From the IMG/VR virus record IMGVR_UViG_3300042451_001437: a stretch of 20,000 nucleotides of DNA; one strand, written 5' to 3'. The stretch comes from an uncultured virus (IMG/VR IMGVR_UViG_3300042451_001437) (lineage: Duplodnaviria > Heunggongvirae > Uroviricota > Caudoviricetes). Made by a program: the position numbers and the translations under genes. This document shows positions 9,015 through 15,838 of this stretch, in pieces (within the stretch, counting starts at the first letter, position 1; each line of letters starts with the position of its first letter). The notes below the pieces were generated by a model. The model ran no database searches. It worked only from the letters and a program-made list of their open reading frames with translations, and was not told the origin of the DNA.

Positions 9015-9728
9015 ATGTTTGGACAATTAAAAGAAAGTATTCTTTCAGATTTAGAAAAAACATACCAAGAAAAAGGTGAAAAAGATTTTAAGAAATCTTT
9101 TGCTAAGTATGTTAAAGTATTAAAAGAAAATAACGTATTAAGAGAGTTTAATGAGGTTTATAACTTATTGAACACAATGAAATTTGAAAACGAAGAAATT
9201 GCAAAAGAATTCGTTGAAGAATCAATAATACATTTAAAATCTTTTGATTTAACAAAAGTTGATGCTTTAAAAAGTTTAACTGAAAACGTTACTATTGTTA
9301 ATAACACAATTAACGAAAGTATCGACCAGCTTATTTTTAATAAAAAAATATCTTTAGTTGATAAAGTTAAACATAAAACAAATTTGGTTAAACACTTAAC
9401 TAGAGTTGATGAAAATGTTGTATCGTTAAAAGAATCAATCGATAAGATTAATGAAAGTTTAGCGGATAAAATCTCAAAATTAAATGAGGAACAAGTAAAG
9501 GTTTTAAATTTATTTGCTGAAAATGATGAATCGGCTATTAATGAATATTACACAACATTAATTGAAAGCACACAAGGTGTGGTTGAAGAGACTATCAATA
9601 AAGCTGATGACATTATTGTTGTTAAGAAATTATTAGAGGTTAGATCAAAGTTAAATGAGATGAAAAATCAAAAACCATCGCTAGATGTCATTGATAACGT
9701 ACTTGATTTAAAGAAAAGTTTCGAATAA
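9015..9728 (+). CDS. Helical K/E-rich protein, probable prohead core component
   Basis: Directly after the portal, where T4 has its core genes 67/68. Contains many (L/I)-x-E sites: LKES x2, INES x2, LNE x2, LTE. Confidence 0.6.
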   Translation: MFGQLKESILSDLEKTYQEKGEKDFKKSFAKYVKVLKENNVLREFNEVYNLLNTMKFENEEIAKEFVEESIIHLKSFDLTKVDALKSLTENVTIVNNTINESIDQLIFNKKISLVDKVKHKTNLVKHLTRVDENVVSLKESIDKINESLADKISKLNEEQVKVLNLFAENDESAINEYYTTLIESTQGVVEETINKADDIIVVKKLLEVRSKLNEMKNQKPSLDVIDNVLDLKKSFE

Positions 9729-9750
9729 AACAAAATTACTTATAAAAAGT

Positions 9751-9782
9751 AAAGCCAGGGTAGCGAATCCTGGCTTTTTTTT
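9751..9782. terminator. Intrinsic terminator between convergent genes, probably bidirectional
   Basis: AAAGCCAGG, loop GTAGCGAAT, CCTGGCTTT, followed by a T tract. An A-rich stretch lies on the other side. Confidence 0.75.
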
Positions 9783-9829
9783 GTTCCATAACTGGAACGG
9801 TCCTAAAACACCGCTTATAGCGGAATATC

Positions 9830-10138
9830 TTATTTGGTTTCCTCAACCGCAGTATCTTCAGTAGCAGCTGACGCCTCAGCATTTGATTTCGCTATTGATA
9901 CTTTGTGACCAGTATAGTTTTTATAACCAATTAAAGCGGCCCCAATCATGGTAAAAGCCACCGCCTGGTTAATTACGTCCATACTTTTGTCAATGAACAT
10001 TTTATCAATCACCCCTAATAAGAATGATAAACAGCCAATCATTACGATTATAAAGCCTGATGTTGATGTTACAGATGTTTTTCCGTCTGGGTTCGATGTC
10101 ATCTCACCGAAAGACCATTTTTTGATGTCTACGTTCAT
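9830..10138 (-). CDS. Small membrane protein with two TM helices, putative holin
   Basis: Hydrophobic segments GFIIVMIGCLSFLLGVI and AVAFTMIGAALIGY, with a hydrophilic C-tail. A TATTTATA motif lies upstream on the minus strand. Confidence 0.6.
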   Translation of the reverse strand: MNVDIKKWSFGEMTSNPDGKTSVTSTSGFIIVMIGCLSFLLGVIDKMFIDKSMDVINQAVAFTMIGAALIGYKNYTGHKVSIAKSNAEASAATEDTAVEETK

Positions 10139-10155
10139 AATTAATGTGTGTTTAA

Positions 10156-10163
10156 TATAAATA
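10156..10163 (-). promoter_or_regulatory. TATTTATA motif on the minus strand, putative late promoter of the holin-like gene
   Basis: The + strand reads TATAAATA at 10156-10163, 17 nt from the minus-strand ATG at 10138. Confidence 0.5.
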
Positions 10164-10170
10164 TCCGAAA

Positions 10171-10202
10171 TTTGCTTTAATGAACTTTTTTTCTTATTAT
10201 TA
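10171..10202 (+). promoter_or_regulatory. Possible Bacteroidota-type promoter variant
   Basis: TTTG at 10171-10174, 20 nt, then TATTATTA (imperfect -7 box), upstream of ORF 10244. Confidence 0.3.
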
Positions 10203-10243
10203 TATTAATAAATAATAAAAAAGACTAAACATGAAGAAAGAAA

Positions 10244-10693
10244 ATGCAATGCAAATTTGGGAAAGAAAAGAAACTCTTTACAGACGAGAGATTTCGAGTT
10301 AAATACGGTACGATTGATGCCGTAAAATTAAACGCAGTATACCTAAATATCGAATCCTGGGTACAACCAAAAGATATAGAAAATTACGATTCATATATCA
10401 GGTTAATGCGAAAACAAATTATTGTTAAAATAAAGGATAGTATCGACACAATAACGTTTAATGAGAATTTTATTGTTGATCTAGACCTGAGAGCTTCAGG
10501 TATGTCAACAGATAAAAAAAGTTTTATGTTTATCGAATTAACCGTGTATCCAAAAGAAAAATTGAAATTTAATTCAACTTTAATGTTTAAAAAAATGCAA
10601 GAATTATCTAATCTTGTGATAGAATCCTTAGAACAGAATAAATTAAACTACTTTTCAAAAAAATCAAATGCTAGATCAAGAAGACTTATATGA
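10244..10693 (+). CDS. Hypothetical protein (149 aa)
   Basis: ORF with the motifs YGTID, IESWVQP and FIVDLDLRASG. It overlaps the start of the ATPase gene. Confidence 0.75.
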   Translation: MQCKFGKEKKLFTDERFRVKYGTIDAVKLNAVYLNIESWVQPKDIENYDSYIRLMRKQIIVKIKDSIDTITFNENFIVDLDLRASGMSTDKKSFMFIELTVYPKEKLKFNSTLMFKKMQELSNLVIESLEQNKLNYFSKKSNARSRRLI

Positions 10694-11591
10694 GATGTCT
10701 CCAGAAGAGGGACAGGAAATGCTTAAAGACCATTTAGAAAAAATATACCCATCAATTGAATCGTGGTATACAATAAACAATACTGATTTCTTTTTTAATT
10801 TTAAAACAGTTGCCACTGTTGAATCTGGTTTATATAGCATGATATATAACGATGGTAACGGCTTTGGTGTTTCAAAACTACCATATAAAAGCGATGAATT
10901 TTTTCATTTACCATCATTACCACATAATGAAATTATTGATGATTTAATTAATTTTTGGGATAATGTTGATAGGTTTAAAAAATATAACCTAACACCTAAA
11001 AGAGGTATTATTTTATATGGTGACCCAGGTTGTGGTAAAACATCATTAATTTATTTATTAGTTGATAAGTTAAAAGAATATAACGGACTGTCAATCTATT
11101 TTGATAACCCATTTAATTGGGTTGAATTAGCTAAATTAGTTAGAAAGGTTGAAAAGACAAGACCTTTACTTTGTATCATTGAAGATATAGATCTTGTAAT
11201 TCAAAAGTTCGGTGAGGAAGTTTTTTTAAACTTTTTAGATGGCCTAAACTCAATAGATAATGTTGTTTACGTTGCCACAACAAATAATCTTGAGAAAATA
11301 CCAGCTAGGATTAAAGATAGACCATCAAGATTTGATAAAAAATATAAGATAGAAAAGCCAACCGCAGAAGATAGAAAGATTTATTTCAAGGAGATATTGG
11401 ATGAAGAAGACCAAAAGCTGTATGACATGGATAAATTAGTTAAAGATACTAATGGTTATACCATGGCCCATCTTAAGGAAACTTTTATTTCATTATATAT
11501 TCTTAAAAACCCATATGATGAAACGATCAAGCGATTAAAAAATAAAAAAATTGCTGACGAAAGAATGGGATTTGATCTTTCTGATGATTAA
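10668..11591 (+). CDS. AAA+ ATPase (single classical AAA domain, BCS1/FtsH-like clade, no protease domain)
   Basis: RGIILYGDPGCGKTS (Walker A), IIEDID (Walker B), FLNFLDG, ATTN (sensor 1) and DRPSRFD (second region of homology). Confidence 0.92.
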   Translation: MLDQEDLYEMSPEEGQEMLKDHLEKIYPSIESWYTINNTDFFFNFKTVATVESGLYSMIYNDGNGFGVSKLPYKSDEFFHLPSLPHNEIIDDLINFWDNVDRFKKYNLTPKRGIILYGDPGCGKTSLIYLLVDKLKEYNGLSIYFDNPFNWVELAKLVRKVEKTRPLLCIIEDIDLVIQKFGEEVFLNFLDGLNSIDNVVYVATTNNLEKIPARIKDRPSRFDKKYKIEKPTAEDRKIYFKEILDEEDQKLYDMDKLVKDTNGYTMAHLKETFISLYILKNPYDETIKRLKNKKIADERMGFDLSDD

Positions 11592-11616
11592 CCACGCACT
11601 TAACTTGTTTTCATTA

Positions 11617-11624
11617 TATTTATA
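11617..11624 (+). promoter_or_regulatory. TATTTATA motif, putative late promoter
   Basis: Intergenic, 17 nt upstream of the protease ATG 11642. Confidence 0.5.
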
Positions 11625-11641
11625 TTATATAATCTACTAAA

Positions 11642-12355
11642 ATGGGTATAAAAATATTAAAAGAAAACGAAGAAGGTTTTGGTATCTTAATTGAAGGTGA
11701 TGCTGGTTCAGTATCCGAGGTATTACAAGGGCAAATTATAAATGAGGAAATTAGTAAGGGCCCGATAGATTTATCTGGACCCATATACTATTACGCCACA
11801 TTACAAAAATATGGTGTTGAAAATAGAAATGGTAGGGTTTATCCTGAGAATATCTTAAGAAAAGAAGTTGAGAGATATAGAGAAGTTATTGCTCGTAATT
11901 CCAGTTTTCATGAATTGGATCACCCACAGGAATCGGTTATATCACTTAAAGGTGGTTCACCACATAGGATAGTTGATATCTTCTGGAAAGATAATGTTCT
12001 TATCGGTAAATTAGAAATATTAGTATCTGAAGGTTTTAGAAGAGGTGGTATAATTTCTTGCAATGGTGATTTAGTAGCACACTACTTAAGTTATGGTATG
12101 ACATTAGGTATCTCATCTAGAGGTGTTGGTAGCCTTAAAAAGATCAACGGTAAAAATGTTGTGCAAGATGACTTCGAATTAATATGTTGGGATATTGTTT
12201 CATCACCGTCTACCCCAGGTTCTTACTTATATAAAGACCCACAGGATTTCAAAAAATATGATGAAGTTTTAAACGAACCAGCTGGTATTGAAGAAAACGC
12301 AGCACCAGAAGAGGATAGTTTTTTAGCAAATCTTAATAAATTTTTGAAGTTTTAA
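11642..12355 (+). CDS. gp21: Prohead maturation protease (T4 gp21-like)
   Basis: NRNGRVYP, ELDHP (catalytic His), GISSRGVGS (catalytic Ser) and DIVSSPSTPG are gp21-family motifs. Confidence 0.93.
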   Translation: MGIKILKENEEGFGILIEGDAGSVSEVLQGQIINEEISKGPIDLSGPIYYYATLQKYGVENRNGRVYPENILRKEVERYREVIARNSSFHELDHPQESVISLKGGSPHRIVDIFWKDNVLIGKLEILVSEGFRRGGIISCNGDLVAHYLSYGMTLGISSRGVGSLKKINGKNVVQDDFELICWDIVSSPSTPGSYLYKDPQDFKKYDEVLNEPAGIEENAAPEEDSFLANLNKFLKF

Positions 12356-12387
12356 GTTGTTTTTTTAAAAAATTTTTACTACTATTA
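12356..12387 (+). promoter_or_regulatory. Possible Bacteroidota-type promoter variant
   Basis: GTTG at 12356-12359, 20 nt, then TACTATTA, upstream of ATG 12410. The geometry matches 10171-10202. Confidence 0.3.
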
Positions 12388-12409
12388 TAGCAGTTAAAAA
12401 ATATTTTTT

Positions 12410-12649
12410 ATGAAAACTTACTATTGGTACACAGTTACAATTCAATTCGTTGTTGAAGACGAGCAAACAGGAAAAATTAAAAAGATTAAAGAAAATTATC
12501 TTACCAAAGCAATCTCTGTTACTGACGCAGAAGCCTCTGTAATCAAGGATCTTGAAGGTACAATGGGTGATTTTAGAATCTTAAAAATTGATGAGTCTAA
12601 AATTGTTAGAGTTATCCTTCCACAAGGAGTTGACATCAACGCTGAATAA
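12410..12649 (+). CDS. DUF4494-like small protein
   Basis: The pattern WY...I.F..E.E.G.IKK..E.YL..A.S.T.AEA..I.......F.I..I.... resembles the Bacteroidetes DUF4494 family, recognised by eye. Confidence 0.7.
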   Translation: MKTYYWYTVTIQFVVEDEQTGKIKKIKENYLTKAISVTDAEASVIKDLEGTMGDFRILKIDESKIVRVILPQGVDINAE

Positions 12650-12670
12650 AAAACTAAGACAAAAACATTT

Positions 12671-12702
12671 AAAAAACCATCCATATCGGGTGGTTTTTTT
12701 TT
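12671..12702 (+). terminator. Intrinsic terminator
   Basis: AAAAAACCATCC, loop ATATC, GGGTGGTTTTTT (one G-U pair), followed by further Ts. Confidence 0.75.
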
Positions 12703-12774
12703 GCTTAATGCCCATGTTATATGGGAAAAAAGGGATAATTTTTATTTTTTTTTGTTCTTTTGATATTTTCATAG

Positions 12775-12785
12775 TATTTATTACT
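12775..12785 (+). promoter_or_regulatory. TATTTATTACT motif, putative late promoter of the scaffold-capsid operon
   Basis: Lies downstream of a terminator and upstream of the scaffold gene. Identical to 1044-1054. Confidence 0.5.
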
Positions 12786-12824
12786 AAGATAACCTATCAT
12801 AATAATTTTTTAATAAATTAAAAC

Positions 12825-14117
12825 ATGAGCAAAACAAATATTTTAGCAGAGACTCTAGCTGAAATTCAAGAATTAAGAGAAGCCGTTTCTAAAAACGCTA
12901 ATCACGCTTTGAAAAGCACTCTTAAAGAAGAATTAGAAGAAATTGTCAAAAACAACCTAGAGGAAGTTAATGACGAAGAGTTAACAGATGACATGCCTGG
13001 TGATAATCTACCAGGTGATCAAGCAGCAGATAATGATGCTGACGGTATGGGTGATATGCCTACTGAACCACAAGATGGTGAAGAGGTTATTGACTTAACC
13101 GACAAATCAGATGAGGAAGTAATTAATCATTTCAACCTCATGGAACCAGCTGACGAGATCGAAATCGTACAAACTCCAGAAGGTGGGGTACAAATCAACA
13201 TTACAGCATCTACTAAGGATGACGAAGAATCTAAAGAAGATTCTGAAGAAACACCAGTAGCTACTGATATTGATGAGTACAACGATAAACCAATGGAAGG
13301 TATGGTCGATGAAATGATTGACTTAGAAGAAGAGCCAGTGTATGAGGTTGAAATCTCAGAAGAGGATCTTAACGAAGTTGCTAAGGAAGCTACAGCTCAC
13401 ATCGTAAACAAAGGTGGATCAGTTCCAACAGGTGAAAGTAAACTTGAAGAACCCGCTAAAGAAAATGGTGTGATTAAAAATGCAGCTACCAAACACATGT
13501 CTACTAAAGGTGGATCAATTCCAACAGGTGAAAAGAAACTTGAGGAACCAGCTAAAGAAAACGGTGTGATTAAAAATGCAGCTACGAAAGATATCCACGA
13601 AAGTACACAAAATAAGGCTGGAAACAAAAACAAAGAAAAAGAGTTACATGAAAGCTTGGTGGTAATGAGAAAAAAATACCAAGAAGCAGTGGCTGAAAAT
13701 AATAAAAAGACTCAAGAGTTAGATAGCTTCAAAACTTTAGCGGAAGAATTTAAAGGTTCTGAAACTGAATATAAGTCAGCTATTAAAAATCTTAAGTCGC
13801 AGTTACAAGAAGTTGCTTTGTTCTCATCAAATCTAACTTATGCAATCAAATTGATTACTGAAAACTCTACAACTAAGGATGAAAAATTAAATATCCTTAA
13901 GAGATTCGATTCAGCTAAAAACTTAAACGAGTCAAGAGAAATCTTCAATAGTTTGCAAGATCAGTTAGTTTCTGGTAAAACAGCAACAAAACAGGTGATT
14001 GAAGACAAAATTATGGAAAGTCCGAAAGCTAGTGGTTCTTCAAAATTAAATGAATCAACTGCTTATCAAAATCCACAATTATCTAGAATGTTAGATATCA
14101 TCGGAAAAATTAAATAA
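12825..14117 (+). CDS. Prohead scaffold/core protein (T4 gp22-like position)
   Basis: Sits between the protease and the capsid gene. Very acidic with a coiled-coil C-half and many (L/I)-x-E sites. Confidence 0.8.
   Translation: MSKTNILAETLAEIQELREAVSKNANHALKSTLKEELEEIVKNNLEEVNDEELTDDMPGDNLPGDQAADNDADGMGDMPTEPQDGEEVIDLTDKSDEEVINHFNLMEPADEIEIVQTPEGGVQINITASTKDDEESKEDSEETPVATDIDEYNDKPMEGMVDEMIDLEEEPVYEVEISEEDLNEVAKEATAHIVNKGGSVPTGESKLEEPAKENGVIKNAATKHMSTKGGSIPTGEKKLEEPAKENGVIKNAATKDIHESTQNKAGNKNKEKELHESLVVMRKKYQEAVAENNKKTQELDSFKTLAEEFKGSETEYKSAIKNLKSQLQEVALFSSNLTYAIKLITENSTTKDEKLNILKRFDSAKNLNESREIFNSLQDQLVSGKTATKQVIEDKIMESPKASGSSKLNESTAYQNPQLSRMLDIIGKIK
13410..13589 (+). repeat. Intragenic tandem duplication, 96-nt period (two 84-nt copies)
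   Basis: 13410-13493 and 13506-13589 encode KGGSVPTGESKLEEPAKENGVIKNAATK and KGGSIPTGEKKLEEPAKENGVIKNAATK. Confidence 0.92.
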
Positions 14118-14150
14118 TAAAATTAAAAAAAAACTTAAAAAAATACTAAA

Positions 14151-15734
14151 ATGGGAGCATTATTAGAATCAGGAAAAGTTGGTAACGTAAGCTTAAATCA
14201 CTTGAAAGCTGTACGTACTGACGTAATTAACAGATGGGACAGCTTAGGTCTTTTAGAAGGTCTTGCTGGTCACAGAAAAGAGAATATCGCACAATTATTT
14301 GAAAACCAAGCATCACACATGCTTAATGAATCAGTTGCTTTAGGTAACGAAGGTTCTTTCGAAACTGTGGTATTCCCAATCGTGAGAAGAGTATTCTCAA
14401 AATTATTAGCTAACGAAATCGTTTCGGTTCAAGCATTAAACTTACCTATTGGTAAATTGTTCTACTTCATTCCGAAGTTAGAGAATTCATCATTTGCTTC
14501 GGGTGCAGCTGGTATCGACAAAACCCCTAACAGCACAATCAGCCCTAACCTTTATGACGCTTTCTATGGCGAAAACGGTCTTTATGACAACTCAAAAGGT
14601 GCTGCTTCAACAATAACAGGTGCTACAACAACTGCTAACTTGTACCAATTTAGCTCATCATCTTCTGATGGTTATGCTACTTTAGCTGGAACTAGTGCAC
14701 CAACAGGCGCAACTTCAATCGTCAAGGTTGATTTCGCTCCATCTATCACTAACTGGGATAATGCTGAAGAAGTTCTTTCAACATTGAATGTTACTTCAGT
14801 TACTTCTGGTGCTGATTTCGATTTCTATTTACCAGCTCAAAAATACGGTAAATCAATCATGGATTCTAACGGTGTTATCTATGTTGCAGTTGTTAACAAC
14901 AGTGCTACAGTAGCATTACCTTTGACTGGTTTAACAGTAACGGCTAAAGAATACGCTTCATTAGAGTATGAAGATACAATGGGTGAAGTAAGCTTCGAAC
15001 TTCAATCTGTAACAGTTTCTGTTATCGAAAGAAAGTTAAGAGCTCAATGGTCTCCAGAATTAGCTCAAGACGTATCAGCGTTCCATAACATTGATGCAGA
15101 AGCTGAATTAACAGCTTTATTGTCTGAGCAAGTTGCTGCTGAGATTGACCGTGAAATCTTAAGAGACTTAAGAAGAGGTGCTGCTTGGAGAATGACTTGG
15201 GATTACTCAGGTTCAAGAGTTAACACTGGTGGTTTGAACGCTACAAACGGTTTCTATACTCAAAAAGATTGGAACCAAACTTTGATCACTGCGATCAACC
15301 AAGTTTCTGCACAAATCCACAAAGCTACTTTAAGAGGTGGTGCTAACTGGATCGTAGTTTCTGCTGAGGTTTCAGCTATCTTGGACGACTTAGAATACTT
15401 CCACGTATCTAACGCTGCTCCAGAGCAAGACAAATATAACATGGGTATTGAAAGAATCGGTTCATTGGGTGGAAGATACCAAGTTTACCGTGATCCTTAC
15501 TTCCCAGCTGATACAATCTTGATGGGTCACAAAGGTACATCTTTGTTGGATACAGGTTACATCTACGCACCATACGTGCCAATGCAATTAACTCCTACAA
15601 TGTACAACCCATTCACCTTTGCACCAGTTAAGGGTATTATGACTCGTTACGCTAAGAAAATGGTTAACAACCGTTTCTATGGTGTAATCAAGTGTAAAAA
15701 TATCGTTAGCTTCGGTATCACTGGTTTAAGATAA
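14151..15734 (+). CDS. gp23: Major capsid protein (T4 gp23-like)
   Basis: FPIVRRVF, IVSVQ...P.G..FY, RKLRAQWSPELAQD...H.IDAEAELTALLSEQVAAEIDREI, YAPYVP and GIMTRYA are gp23-family motifs. Codon usage looks highly expressed (ttc, aac, atc, gct). Confidence 0.96.
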   Translation: MGALLESGKVGNVSLNHLKAVRTDVINRWDSLGLLEGLAGHRKENIAQLFENQASHMLNESVALGNEGSFETVVFPIVRRVFSKLLANEIVSVQALNLPIGKLFYFIPKLENSSFASGAAGIDKTPNSTISPNLYDAFYGENGLYDNSKGAASTITGATTTANLYQFSSSSSDGYATLAGTSAPTGATSIVKVDFAPSITNWDNAEEVLSTLNVTSVTSGADFDFYLPAQKYGKSIMDSNGVIYVAVVNNSATVALPLTGLTVTAKEYASLEYEDTMGEVSFELQSVTVSVIERKLRAQWSPELAQDVSAFHNIDAEAELTALLSEQVAAEIDREILRDLRRGAAWRMTWDYSGSRVNTGGLNATNGFYTQKDWNQTLITAINQVSAQIHKATLRGGANWIVVSAEVSAILDDLEYFHVSNAAPEQDKYNMGIERIGSLGGRYQVYRDPYFPADTILMGHKGTSLLDTGYIYAPYVPMQLTPTMYNPFTFAPVKGIMTRYAKKMVNNRFYGVIKCKNIVSFGITGLR

Positions 15735-15756
15735 TCTTAGGGTTACATTAAAAATT

Positions 15757-15785
15757 AAAAGGGTGGATTTTTTCCACCCTTTTTT
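15757..15785 (+). terminator. Intrinsic terminator after the capsid gene
   Basis: AAAAGGGTGGA, T loop, TCCACCCTTTT, followed by Ts. Confidence 0.85.
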
Positions 15786-15817
15786 GTTTATATTTGTTTC
15801 TATTATTACTATATTTG
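15783..15817 (+). promoter_or_regulatory. Probable Bacteroidota-type promoter for the glycosyltransferase cluster
   Basis: Two TATATTTG (-7 consensus) copies at 15789-15796 and 15810-15817. TTTG at 15783-15786 gives a 23-nt spacer to the second copy, longer than canonical. Confidence 0.45.
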
Positions 15818-15838
15818 TATGGTTAATTAGAAATATTT

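Noticed and set aside
9751..9823. tRNA gene
   Set aside because: There is no cloverleaf, acceptor stem or properly placed T-loop consensus.
10231..10302. 23-codon ORF MKKENAMQIWERKETLYRREISS
   Set aside because: It overlaps the 149-aa gene out of frame and has no supporting features.
13410..13589. CRISPR array or DGR template/variable repeat pair
   Set aside because: There are only two in-frame copies inside a CDS, the differences are not adenine-specific, and no reverse transcriptase or cas gene is present in the window.
5045..15734. Introns, inteins or homing endonucleases in terL, portal or capsid genes
   Set aside because: The ORFs are continuous and of normal size, with no intein or LAGLIDADG/HNH/GIY-YIG motifs seen.
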